The translations under genes and the position numbers were made by a program. Under the pieces are notes generated by a model, which was given only the letters and a program-made list of their open reading frames with translations, was not told where the DNA came from and did not search any database. Source: Utricularia gibba (taxonomy: Eukaryota; Plantae; Magnoliophyta). Taken from it: DNA of 64,000 nucleotides. The stretch spans positions 434,001-498,000 of the forward strand of contig NEEC01000024.1 of assembly GCA_002189035.1 (NCBI GenBank), in the 5' to 3' direction. Positions 22,912-35,569 of this stretch are shown in pieces (position 1 is the first letter of the stretch; every line of letters begins with the position of its first letter).

Positions 22912-24079
22912 TGATAAACAAAAAATATTTGCAACATCGTTAAATTACAAATTTCTCTTATCAAATAAATTTATAACCTAATTCATATCAAATCATATGA
23001 AAAATATAAATATAGTGGACTAGGGTGGAACACAAGGAGTTAGGTACTTGCTATGTGAAAATCAATGCATTCAATCAGAATTACACTGATAGATTTGGTC
23101 TTAATTAGGAGTAAGGTAAAACTATGATGGAATATAGTAAAGAAAAATAATAAGTTTTAGAATTCAATTATTTATAAGATGAAATCGGTGATGTGTTGGG
23201 ACTCATAAGAGATGTATGCTTATCACTAAACACACTCACACAAACCATAAATCAAACAATTAACAAACAAAATCTAGGTCTACTCGGACTGTTATTTATC
23301 CCCTAATCTTTGGTCTACCTTTAATTAGGGTTGTTAAGATGAGTTTCACTATTTCCTCCTCCTAGATCTATCCTAGTTTGTTAAGGAAGTGGCGTAACTT
23401 ATGGTTAATAAAATCTAAAGATTGATTAGCATATTTCTCCCCTTTTCACCTCAAGGCACCCCTAAGTACTTAGCCACTCATAACAAGGGAAAGAAAAGCA
23501 TCTTCATAACACATCTTAAGCAACATTCTGTTCTCAAGGTTAAACAACAATATAAAATGCATAACAGAACATAAACAATAAATTGTTCACATAAGGAAAA
23601 CTAAAACTAGTCTCAACTTGGAATATTGCTCATCAAGAATGAAAGAAAATCTTCAAAGGGAAATTTGTTCTTTTGGATCTTCGTTCCCTTCCTTCTTCCC
23701 CCAGAAATCTTCTCCAGAAAGATGCGTTGTTTTTCCCCCATGGGGGAGATCTCTTTTTTCTCTCTCCATCTTGTCTCTTTTTTTGTCCAAAATCCTCCTT
23801 TTTCCCCTCCTTGGATTTGTATTCTTTTTTTTCAGACTTTTGCCTCATCCTCTACCACTATTTTATTCATATTTGGCTCCTTGAGATTTATGTTGCCAAC
23901 ATGTGCTGCATTGCTCAAAGAAAACTATTAGAATTAAGATTGGGACTAAATCAACTAGGAATAAAAAGCACAACTATGATACTATTTGAAAAAACATAGA
24001 AATAGACAATGAAACGTAATTTTTGTAGCACAATATGAGTTATTTCCCTGTACACAATCACTCAAAATATGTGTCATCA
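22912..24079 (-). mobile_element. Solo LTR, Athila-type family D (1168 bp)
   Basis: TG..CA ends and perfect TSD GTTAA. Inverted relative to 21662..22830. Confidence 0.93.
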
Positions 24080-25158
24080 GTTAACGATAGGCAAGGAGAT
24101 GTACTTAAATAGAGAGATGTTCCTAATCTTGTATGTATTTTTCTCAAAAGGGGAGAAAATAAAATCATGACGATTAAGTCGTGAAACGTAGAATATCGTA
24201 CAAGGGAAGCTTGGATCTTGACATTTGGGCTGTTTCAAGGCTCAAATTTATAATTTCATGAACTAAGACCTTGATGTCGTGTTCCAAAAAAGGGACATAG
24301 GCTCTATTATTTTATTAACTCAAATTCATAAGTAAATTAATTACATTTCAGTGAACATTATATTTTCCTTTGTTTTCAAATATCATGAAACATCAAGGAA
24401 TAATATAAAAAAAGTCATTTACATAACTACAACAAAGGATGATGTAGATGTCATATTTAGTTTACACTACTCGCTACATAGCTACAAGATACAACGAACA
24501 CACAAAAAAACCTAGAAATATAGAAACTAGTTTGGAAGCAAGCTCCAATCCTATGTACTAACTTAGAACCACAAATGAGAAGCATCAAAATGGCTTGCTG
24601 TGAGACCTTTTCCCCTATGACCTGAATCACAATACTTTGTCCTTCTTTTCTAGTTTGTTTCTTGGAAAGATTAGTGATCAAGACATTAAATGCTATACTG
24701 AATCAAGGAGAACATGTGAAGCAAGCATGTAAGTGTTTAAAATATAAGCTCATTAGGGGAATGGGAAAATAAACAATGATATTTAACATTTCAAGAGTCT
24801 CTTGTGTAGTATGAGTGTCGAACATAGAGCTATCATGATTTGATAGCTATCATGATTTGAATAAGCATGTAAGTTGTTTTTATTTCCAAAACAAATTCCA
24901 GTGAAATGTGAAGTTACACTGAATACATCTATCATGATTTGAAAATGGGTTTGTAATGTAAAAGGTGTGAGAGACGTAAATGATCAAGCTTGAGTAATGG
25001 GATTGTAAACAAAAAAAAAAGTAAACTTAAGTGATGAATCTTAAATAAAGAGAATGTTCCTAGGATTGTGTCTCAAGAGGCACCCGACCCACTCTTCTCT
25101 GATCTTCTGGAGTACTCGGTTATAGGAGTAAGGAATTTCCTACTCTCCCTTACACTCT

Positions 25159-25666
25159 TGTTACGGGCGAAAATCGACACTAGATTCAGAACCGATTTTT
25201 GGTTTGTGAAAATGGCAGATGTGTCGGATCCGTGTACGGTTTGAATGCGTTGTTTGATGCAGTTTACCAAAATAAAGAGAGGTAGAGATTTTTTTACGTG
25301 GAAACCGCTGAAAGACGGAAATCACGAAGCTATTGGAGCTCGCCGGAGAAAATCTTCACTAGACGGAGGTGAGGAGAGAAATACAAGTTGGAAAGCTAGG
25401 GCTCGAACCCTTTTTTGTTCAGGATTTCTCTTACTTATAGAAGAGGTCGATCTGACCGAATTCTGACTTCTGTAGTTGTCGGTTGCTTTCTGCGCCTGTA
25501 CTATTATCCTACTTTTCAACAAATTGCCATCTGCTCTACCGTAATTCAGTCGCTTTTCAGACTGTGTCTCTGACACATATTGGTCTGTTGGCCAGCGCTA
25601 TCCCGTCAGAGCACCTTTTGGCAGTTTTTCAGAGACCGATTAACCATATTCGATCGTACCCCATCA
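25159..25666 (-). mobile_element. Tat-family solo LTR (508 bp)
   Basis: TGTTACG..CCCATCA with a perfect TSD ACTCT. Shares ttttttacgtggaaaccgc with the Tat LTR end at 32630..32650. Confidence 0.9.
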
Positions 25667-25706
25667 ACTCTCTTGCAAGAAGGCATGAGAATAGTTTGAT
25701 GTTGCT

Positions 25707-26913
25707 TGATGAACGATGGAATGGGTTGCTAAATGTCGCGGTTTAGAACATTCAACGCATCAAAAGAAATTTATAAACCGAGCTATTCTACTACACAAAT
25801 CACAAGAATTAATGTAGTGTGGCAAGCAAGGGTCGAATCCACAGGGAATGGTTGCAATTTTCTAAAATTCATCACAATTACTTGAAACAGGGGGGTTTTC
25901 TGGGATTTAAGTCTAATGCGGGTAAGACGTAAAATAACAGTGACTGGAATAAACGAGTTGCAGGGATGAAGAGGGACTGAAATTAACGTGAAGGTGCATA
26001 AAACATAAAATAAAAGTAATTTGGCTGGGTTTTACACCAGGGTCTAACTCTTGTGTCACTCAAGAGAACCCTTAGGCTTAAACCTAGCTTGGAACGCTTG
26101 AAAACAGAGTAATAGTTTGCAAAAACAGAGCATGTTCGCATGAATAGTAAAAGCACGTTAAACTTAAAGGCAAACATGGAAAGCTTAAACAGAAACATGT
26201 TTATAAACTAAGGCAAGGTCTACAACGAGTTTTCAGTTCACAGCAAGGTACCGAAAAGCATCAGAAAGCATAAAAACGACGGCAATAACAGTAGCAAGTT
26301 CACGTAGAAAAGGGAGTGTAGAAATATATAAATAAAAGTTGCAAGATGCTTCTGTGGGCTGGAGATCTGTAGGTAATCGAAGTTCTGGCCAGAATAGTGG
26401 TGTAGACACGCAGATCTGGAGGTCGTCGGAGAAACGCGGCGGAGAAACGGAGTTCCCCTTGCTCCCGCTCGCTCCTGTTCGCTGCCTGTGCACTCTGCGT
26501 GCACAGGGTACTCTCCTTCTTCTCTCCCTTCCTTTTCCCTTTTGCAGCTCAAAAGTAAGGGTAGCTTCGTCTTTTCCTCAGGCTTCTAGAAGGGAGATCT
26601 TTACTCCATATCTTATCTCTTTAGAAGGGCGGCTACTTTTGGTGGAAAGTGGCTTTTGCACAGCTTTTCTGTCCCTTCTGACTTGTCAACGCGGAAAGTG
26701 CGCTGCTACAGTACTAGCTTTTACCCTAATAAGACTTAAAACATAGACTGGACAAAATATTAGAGTTTTCGGCTCAATTGTTGCCAATTGAGCCTGTTTT
26801 CACAATAAACACATTCTAGCAGACTAAATACGCAAAAGAAGATAATTTGGCATACTAAATAAAATTTATCCCTACTAAACATGCTTAAAAACATAATAAA
26901 AATGGTGTTATCA
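25707..26913 (-). mobile_element. Solo LTR, Athila-type family F (1207 bp)
   Basis: TG..CA ends (minus start TGATAACACC), perfect TSD TTGCT, and the Athila U5 motif ccctgtggattcgaccc. Confidence 0.9.
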
Positions 26914-28449
26914 TTGCTCCCCCTTAGATGAATGCAAAGATAAGAGGTCCCACCATCGCACTCTTATGGTCAAATTGCGTGCGTGTGCCCCAGTGTTGTT
27001 AATGACCCATTGAGTTCAGAGATGAGATCACTTTTGTCCATTGATCCTGAAGTATGGTCATAGAAAAAATGTTGTCTCTCTCCAATCAGAAGGGCATGAG
27101 TTGGTGCTTTCCACCTTGCTCCTCTTCAAAATTCGTATGTAGTTACTAACTACAAGGAGATTTCGTGACCCCTTAATCTTATTGTGAATTGAAGTGACTT
27201 ACAAGGAAGCTCCAGCTTTGACACTGGTATGTTAATGATTTTATCTGTTAGAAGCTCTTATGTACTACACTTCAAGACTCATCATTAGGCATCTGCAGTT
27301 TTCTGAAAATAAAGAAAATGTCATAAGGATCTATTTTATGACCATGTACTGCTTCTTTTCTTACACTTCTTGTGACGTGTTCACATTTGACAAAACTTAA
27401 ACAAAACTAGACAAAAATATTAATTAAAACACATATATTAAAATATTTACCTCAATATAGATAAAACCTAAAATTTATATTATGGACCCACAAAACGACA
27501 ATTTTGATAACATTTAAACATCTAAAATAACCTACAAGATAATAAGAAAAAGACAATCAACACTCTCTAATAAAAAGAATCACCATCAAGCACCCAATAG
27601 AGAGTTACATAATTTAGAAGTTGTATTTGAAAACCAGCTCTTGGGACTTAGAAGATTTGAGAGGTTCCTAAAAAAAAATTATAACTTCTTGCTCCCAACT
27701 CCAAACCACTTAATTCTTTTTGACACAGAACCAAAAAAGAAGGTGCTAAATCACACTTATCACATTTTGAGAATCACAGCAATCAACATATAAAAATCAT
27801 AAAAGATAGACATTTATGTAAGTACAAATTTGCACGTAAAATACAAAACAGAAAATCTGAACCTATCATCCCACTTACCTTTGTATGAATTGGCTCATTC
27901 CCTAGCCAAAAGTTTTAACTGGGTCTGCTATACACCTGAAAACTTCATGATTTTAATACAGCTCTGCAACTCTCAGGCAATCAAACCCCACGACTATGCA
28001 AATTGTTCCTATAGTTTTACTATCAACAGATTTTCCTTTCTTTGCATCATATTTTCCTCCTTCAGAATGCTTTCTCTTCACATATGTTCTCTTCTTTGTC
28101 TTAATAAAGTTTATCTAGAAGTTCTAGCAATAAAATACATGTCTTCATCTTGTTACAACACATGACATTGTCCAATTGCCTATTTTTGTATTCTTGTTCT
28201 TTCTTTGTTCTATCGTTTCTTCTATTCTTCATTTTGTCTTTTCCTCTTATTTCAATCCTAGTTCTAAAAATGAGGTATGTCACAACCTCAAAGTCACTTG
28301 ATGTTACAACAATCTGTTAAAAGAAACCAAAATACATAAGGCCAATAACATTTGGTGTAATAGGCTGGATGAGGCTAGTCCGCAACTAAGTTCTTTTTGG
28401 TGAGCAAAAATTTGTAAACCCAAGTTTCTATAAGTGTATTATTGATAAT

Positions 28450-28920
28450 GAAAATATTGACCGATCAAGCACAAGTCTCAAGGACACTTGAGCAGGACTC
28501 TTTCCTTCACAAAAGGAAAAGTAATCGAAAAGCATCTGCCACAAGGTTGATTGGAGAGCCATATCCCTATTACTTATGCCATAAGCAAAGGTCATTGCAA
28601 ACAACTGTTCCCCTAAAGCCACAACCACTGTTTTCTTCTTGAAAATGAAGGTTGAATGGAAGCATTCTCGAACCTAATAGAGTAATATCTTGGATTAGAC
28701 ACTACTTTCTTGTGAGGAGCCTAAGCTAGAAAGAAGCCAGAAAAGAAGCTGGCACTCATAAGTCAGGCCTAGATCTTCTAGGAACTCACACTAAGGGAAC
28801 TAGAGGAGAACCAGGATACTTTTTGCTTCTTAGAAGATGATGGCTTATTCCCAAGGGCAAAGAGGTTGTAAATAAATTTCACACGAGGATTTACAAGGAC
28901 GTGAAAGTTGCTGATGCCAA
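28450..28920 (+). pseudogene. Possible Mutator-like (MULE) transposase remnant, continuing at 42421..42770 beyond the Athila insertion
   Basis: Short degenerate peptides only: IYKDVKVADAKRAR here, and HNLYNEFRKTTG plus DHLKELGEEIWDENPP at about 42630..42760, loosely resembling MULE RHLY.NFRK..G. Many stops. Confidence 0.25.
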
Positions 28921-29003
28921 GAGAGCAAGGTGTCTTAGCTAAATTGCACAATTACTCTATCTTAGAATGATGAGAGGGATAGTAGCTGGTAATTGAGCAT
29001 ATA

Positions 29004-29857
29004 TGTTAAGTGTCATTTTCTAGTTAATTATTAGGTATTATTATGTGTTAATTATGTATGAAGTCGTCCAAATTAAGAGTCTTATTATTAAGTATTTGAT
29101 TTTTATTAGAAAATTCCTATTTTCCCATTTTGTGTATATTTTATGTCTTTTTTCTCACACTTTGACCGAGACATGTCAGGAGACTGTCATAGAGTGATGC
29201 AGAAGTATTGCAGGTGGTCAGACTCTGAGTTTTCGTGCCTTGTACGCGAGTTGGAATGTTTGTGGGCGGAAGACTGACATTGGTCAAGACCCATGACTTA
29301 CGGCATGTCAGAGTCTGCAGCAATGACTGAGCGCAAATTTGCAAGCAAAGAAAGGCTGCTGGCGCACACAGGATAGAAGGAATGATGAGAAGGGAACCCA
29401 AAGAAGTTAATCCATGTGGGAAGTCATATAAAACCCTTTAGTTTTTGGGAAGTAGATGAAGTTTCCTTCCAAGTCCTGAGCAATACACTCGGTTCTTCAT
29501 TGAATTCAATTCAGATTCCGCATACTTCCACGCGTCTTGTTGCAGTCTTTCTGTAACGACTCTTAGTCAAGGTCCATGAGTAGCAGGCCACTTCTCGCGG
29601 ATTTTGGTGAAGATCAAGGTGAAGAGCACCAACTCCCACCCTGCTGGTTCGAGGGAAGTAGCAGATTGTTTGTGGCCTAGGTACCACGACAGTGGACATC
29701 TTAAAAACCCCCTTTTACAAAACCGTGACATTTTGTGAAAGTTTCTTGCAAACACTTTTCACGAAAAACAACTCCCTCAGATCGATACTCGTACTACACT
29801 TTCTAGTGGTTTACGTTTTAAAATATTTAAAATTTGTTGAGGAAATGACACGCAACA
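29004..29857 (+). repeat. 5' LTR of the Athila A element (lacks the roughly 320-bp block present at 41939..42258)
   Basis: About 13 differences in about 320 alignable bp versus the 3' LTR (about 96% identity, counted by eye). Confidence 0.85.
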
Positions 29858-29863
29858 AATTTT

Positions 29864-29881
29864 TGGCGCCGTTGTCGGGGA
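29864..29881 (+). other. Primer-binding site, tRNA-Asp type (TGGCGCCGTTGTCGGGGA)
   Basis: Directly follows the LTR end and matches the Athila PBS consensus TGGCGCCGTTGCCGGGGA with 1 mismatch. Confidence 0.9.
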
Positions 29882-30214
29882 GTTGTGTATTTTGTGTTTA
29901 GTGTTGTGTATAGTTTTTCTTTTTCTTTCTTATTTCTTGTTTTTCTTTTATTTCCGTTTTGCTGCTGTTTTTCTCTGTTTTTATGCATTCAGCTCCACCA
30001 AAAGGACACCGAAGCTTATGATCATACCAAGACATCTTGTGCCCTTTAGATCCGGACATTGAGCGCACATTTCTGGCGAAAAAGAGGGAATTGACTTCAA
30101 ATCTATGTCCTGACGAAGAAATGGATGCTCAACCACCTACTGGAGTCCCAACAATGCACGGAGAACAGCAGTAACAGCATCCGCAATTTTTTCAAGTTCT
30201 ACCGCTCACTAATC

Positions 30215-32510
30215 ATGGCCCAGCACTAAGGACCATAAAAGAAGAAATCACCGCCAGCCATGCTGACCGACCACTTTGTATCATCTTTGACGCGGAAGAG
30301 GACTTTGAGCTTCGACCAAGGTTCATGACTAAGGTGGACAGATCTGAAGAAAAAGAATTAGAAGTCTTGGATGAAGATGATGACATGGATGAGGAGATTA
30401 TTTTAGAGCACCCTGATGATTCTCCAGTCCAGAACATTGTTGTACCGACGCCACCTGAAGAAGCGAAGGAGAAGGAGACACAAGAGGTTGATCAACCAAA
30501 GTCTTTAGTAATTCCACCTCCTTTTCCTATGAGACTTCACAGGAAACACAAGGACAAACGTGGACTGAAAGCATTCATGGAGGTGATGAAGAAGGTGAAT
30601 GTGAATATTCCCTTGCTGGACATGATAGATCAAGTGCCGAAATATGCAAAAATGTTGAAGGATTTATGTGACCCCAAGAAGAAGGAAAAAGTGGAAGAGG
30701 TAATTTCCTTGACTGAAAATATTTTAACAAATATTCAAAGAAGGCTTCCACGAAAGTGTAAGGATCCAGGTATGTTTTCCATACCTGTTACTATTGGTGA
30801 GACCAAAATTTCAGTTGCCATGTGTGATTTAGGAGCATTGGTTAATGTTATGCCTAGATCTCTTTATCTTTCTCTTGCATCTAAGCTAGGTAAACTTGAG
30901 CCTACTAGTGTTGTTTGTCAATTAGCTGATAGATCACATGTGAAGCGTTATTCATGCCCCATTACTAGAGTTAAAAACATTGCCTAAACATTTGAAATAT
31001 TTATTTCTGGGTGAAAATGAGACTTTACCTTTTATTATCTCAAGTACACTAACCTTGGAAAAGGAGGAAAAACTCAGGAGTGTGCTCCAGGAGCACAAAC
31101 AGGCAATTGGGTTGACATTGGCGAATATCAAAGGAATAAGCCCCTCCATATGCACTCATCGCATCTATTTGGAGGAGGGAACAAAGCCAATTTGCCAACC
31201 CCAGAGGAGATTGAATCCACCTATGATTGAAGTGGTCAAGAAGGAGATTCTGAAGTTATTGGCCGCAGGTATAATCTATCCTATTTCTGATTGTGAGTGG
31301 GTTAGCCCTGTGCAGGTTGTCCCGAAGAAAACATGTATCACAGTCATGGCCAATGACCAAGGGTAACTCATGCCTACCAGAGTGCAAAATGGCTGGCAAA
31401 TGTGCGTAGATTACCGAAAATTGAATGCTGCCACCAAGAAAGACCACTACCCACTTCCATTCATTGACCAAATGTTGGAAAGACTTGCTGGAAGGAGTCA
31501 TTATTGCTGCTTGGATGGATACTCCGGTTTCCATCAAATACCCGTGGCTCTTGAAGATCAATCTAAGGTTGTTTTCGTTTGCCCTTTTGAAACTTTTGCT
31601 TACCATAAAATGCCTTTTGGACTTTGCAATGCACCAACAACATTTCAGAGATGCATGGTTAGTATTTTTTCTGAATATGTTGAGAATATTATTGAGGTAT
31701 TTATGGATGACTTTACGGTTTATGGAAATAGCTTTGATGAATGTCTTGCTAATTTATCATTGATTCTGAAACGTTGTGTAGAGACTAACCTTGTTTTGAA
31801 TTATGAGAAATGTCATTTCATGATAGAACAAGGTATCATTTTAGGACATGTGTTCCCAAAAGGGAATTGATGTTGACAAGGCCAAAATTGAGGTAATCCA
31901 AAAATTACCTTATCCTACTTGTGTGAGAGATGTACGTTCTTTCCTTGGACATGCTGGATTTTATCGTAGGTTTATTCAAGATTTTTCGAAAATTGCATCT
32001 CCTCTATGTGCCTTATTGCATAAGGATGTTGAGTTTCATTTTGATAAAAAATGAATGATTGCTTTTGATGTTTTGAAAGAGAAGCTTGTTTCAGCCCCCA
32101 TTATTCTGGCTCCAAATTGGAGTCTACCCTTTGAACTAATGTGTGATACAAGTGATGTAGCTCTAGGTGCGGTTTTGGGACAAAAGGTGGATAAACAATC
32201 CCATGTTATCCACTATGCGTCCAAGTGCCTTGATGATGCCCAAAAGAGCTACACCACTACAGAAAAGGAGCTGCTGAACATTGTATTTGCCTTGGAGAAA
32301 TTTCGATCTTATTTGCTAGGAGCCAAAGTCATAGTCTATTCGGACCATGCCGCCTTGAGATATCTCCTCACCAAGAAGGATTCGAAGCCTAGACTCATTA
32401 GATGGATCTTATTGCTTCAAGAGTTTGATTTGGAGATCAAGGGCAAGAAAGGATGCGAGAATTTAGTTGCAGACCATCTCAGCCGCATCACTTCTAGAGA
32501 AAAATCAAGT
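30215..32510 (+). pseudogene. Athila gag C-terminus, protease, RT and RNase H with deletions, stops and a frameshift
   Basis: NIPLLDMIDQVPKYAKMLKDL; KDPGMFSIP..AMCDLGA (protease); WVSPVQVVPKK, CVDYRKLN, LDGYSGFHQI, MPFGLCNAP, FMDDF (RT); [24 protein letters not shown] (RH). Stops at about 31367 and 32052, frameshift at about 31860. Confidence 0.92.
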
Positions 32511-32930
32511 TGTTATGGCACAAATCGGTATCCGGCGTAAGACCGATTTGAGGTGATAAGTGCGGTCGGAATTGCCACACTTAGTCGCATTCTTCACGGT
32601 TGGTTCGATTGAAATAAGAGTGAGCAAGGATTTTTTACGTGGAAACCGCCGGATAATTTCTTGTAAATAAGCGCCCTTCGCGTCAGTTCTTTCCTTTGCC
32701 CTCTCTGTTGCCTTCAAGAGTTTTGTGCCCTCCGTGCTCCATCACACTCGTCCGCCGCTCGATCGTCGCGATATCCATCGGAAATCTCCAATTTTCCAAT
32801 TATCATTCGGTTCTTCGTCTTTTCCGTTCGGTCCTCTGGGATTTTTGAATGGTCCGGTCCCCCTTTGTCATTCTAAGTCCTTCCCCTTCCTGACTCCTGC
32901 CTCGTTCTAGGGTTTTGGGCTTCTTTGAAA

Positions 32931-35150
32931 ATGGGTAGGAGATCTAGTAAACTGAACATCCCCTCCCTTTGCATTCAGTACTCGATCCCTGATGAGTACC
33001 AGCTTTCTCATGCTCGGGATACTGAAATCCCTTGGGGGGTAGGTGAGGACCCCTGCCTCCGTTCAGTCTCCCAATTCCACTTGCCTATTTTGAAAGCGGT
33101 TTACGCTTCCCTCTTCACCCTTTAATAGTCCGTTTTCTCTATACCTTTGCAATTCCGATTTACTGTCTCGCCCCGAATTCCATATTCTGCTTTACTACTT
33201 TCCTTTTCTATTCGGCCGGTATGGATCCGGCTATGACTCTTGAAGACTTCTGTCATCTCTTCAAGAAAGCCGTTCGTAAAGCCAAGTCCCCGATGGATGG
33301 CCGATCTCACTTTCAATTCCGTCGATTCGAAGATAACCCCAACTTTGTTGTTAAAGCCCTTGATACCCACCATGATTGGTGGTCTTCTTTCTTTTGGATA
33401 GCTCCCCTTTGGGTTTTCGGTGGAACTTCCCAGTCGATCCCCCAACTCCTTTCAGGATCAAGATCTTGGGTGCGTATCGGTCTTCTTCTGAATCTCGCGA
33501 AGTCCTTTATGAGAGGCTTAGTACAAGCTCAGTTCGGTATGACTCTCGTGCCTTGATGTTCTCGGGTGAGTCGTTGAAAAGATCAGGTATTATCGGTCGT
33601 TCTCGATACCTCCATTGGCGCGATATCATTCCTTTCGACGGCACCGATTTGAGAAGCCTTCCTCTTAGCCCCTCTTCATCCTTCCCTCTTGTTTCGGCTT
33701 CACCTTCGATCCCCCACCTGTTCAAACCGGGGCCCCCAAGAAAAAGAAGAGGGTTAAGGTAGTTGCACACAAAGCCTCAAAGAGGCAAAGAGGTAGTCGG
33801 GTTCAGCTTTCCCGAGTCTCAGAATCGGCACTATGCCTTATTGCTTTTCCTACTTTCGTTTTCAGCTGAAGAGATGCCTCAAAGAAGTTCTCTAGAAGAT
33901 TCGATGATGGCGCGGTTCTCTGCCGAGATGTAGAGGATGTAGGAACCCGAGGAGCCCTCCCCTGCACCAATTTGTCTCCTATTTAACAGTTACTGCGAAT
34001 TCTCGATTATAACCTCTTTTCGGTTTTTCTTTCAGGCTGATACGTTTGGAGCTCAGCTTGACACCGCTAATCCTTCCTCGGGGGAAGATCAAGTAGTAGA
34101 AGTCTCCGAGATCCGGGAGTTGACTCCCCGTCCTTCAGCCGGGAAAGGGAAAGAGAAACTTCCTCCATCACCAGATCTCAGCGATACTCTCATTCCTAAT
34201 GCAAGATTCTTTTCGGCTGGTGCTTCAACATCGGCTCCCCCAATCGGGTTACAGAGGGATTCTGCCCTCGTAGAAGTAAGGGACAACCCGATGCTTCCTC
34301 TATCCTCAATTTCAGCTGAACTAAGGGGAATCCTGGATGGAGCTATGTCTAGTACCTCAGGTGTTCAGCCGGAGACGGTACTTGAAGGGATCTGGCAGGT
34401 ACGTATCCCGTTTCCTCTTCTAAATTCTAAGTAGTCTGTCCTTGACTTGGAATATTCTTTCAGGCTCTCACTCTTGGGTGGGAAACGGTTAGAGAGATTG
34501 GCTCTCAATCGGAGGCAGTTTCTCGTCTTCAAGCCCAAGTTGTGGCTCAGAAAGCCCAGATAAAGTTGTTGGAGGAGGAGGGGAGTTCGCTGAAAACCGT
34601 TTTAGGGAGAACTAAACGCAGCCGCATGGAGGAAGAACTGCGGAATGTGATCGAGGAAATGGGAAAGGCGGTTGACGACGCTAAATCGGAGAGAGAGGGC
34701 TTCAAAGTCCGATTTGAAGAGGCAGAAGCAGAGTTAGAGCATGCCAGGGGCCGCATTTCAGCATTGGAGGCCGAATTACTTGATCGACAAGCATCTCGGC
34801 AAGGTCTTCTGGATGACTTTGTCAACTCGGCCTGTTTTGCCAAACTCTCCGATATCTACGCAGGCGATTTAATCGGCTTACTTCTATACCGTCAGAGACG
34901 ACAGTTCAGCCAGGAATTTGGGCTTTAAATCATGGATCCGCGCTTCGACAGGATAAACCCCTTGACGAAGGATGAGAACATGCTTGATGTTATCGTGGAG
35001 ACTTTCCAGGCCCCGGAGTTCGGGTTTGAAGCTGATCGGGAGCGGCTGATTGCGCTAATCCGGGCGAGGATAGGGCGAGAGAATGACGCCAAGTTAAAGG
35101 CCAGGATGGAACGACATACCGGTTCCTCTACTAATCCTCCCATTAACTTG
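32931..35150 (+). pseudogene. Tat antisense accessory gene, copy 2: four exons, Transposase_28-like N-terminus, NLS, coiled-coil C-terminus
   Basis: Exons 32931..33792, 33866..33969, 34036..34398 and 34464..about 35150. Introns 33793..33865 (GT-AG), 33970..34035 (AT-AG, donor mutated) and 34399..34463 (GT-AG) all join in frame. About 3 frameshifts and several stops. Confidence 0.8.
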
Positions 35151-35569
35151 ATGTGTTTTCCCCCTGTTGTGGTGCTTCTCGAACATTTTTTATATCCCGA
35201 TTCGGGATTTCCTTCTGATTTGCTCCATTTTTTGCGCATCATCCCTGCCTTTGATGATATCACATTTCGGGGGAAGCCCCGAGTTGGTTTATTATGTCTA
35301 TCACGTGTTTAGGCTTGGAAAGTTCGCCTATGCTTTTGTGATCCGAGGGTGGGTGTCTTTTCGCCAACCCTTTGGTTGGGCTTTTTTGATTTTTGTTTGC
35401 CTTAGTATTTCTTCATGCGTGCTGAACCGCTGCTAAGGAAGTAGGTCGGAAACCCTCATGGGTTGAGCAACTTCCCCAATCCGGAAGGGCCCTCTTCTGG
35501 CCGAACCCCATTGTTTTGAACATGGGTGGATTTGCTTTGGGTGCACTTGTCGTCTCGAGATTTTGACAG

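Larger units (their letters stand above)
25073..27170 (-). mobile_element. Fragment of an Athila family A LTR, split by two nested solo LTRs
   Basis: 25073..25158, 25672..25706 and 26919..27170 join into the reverse complement of about 49350..49660. Confidence 0.8.
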
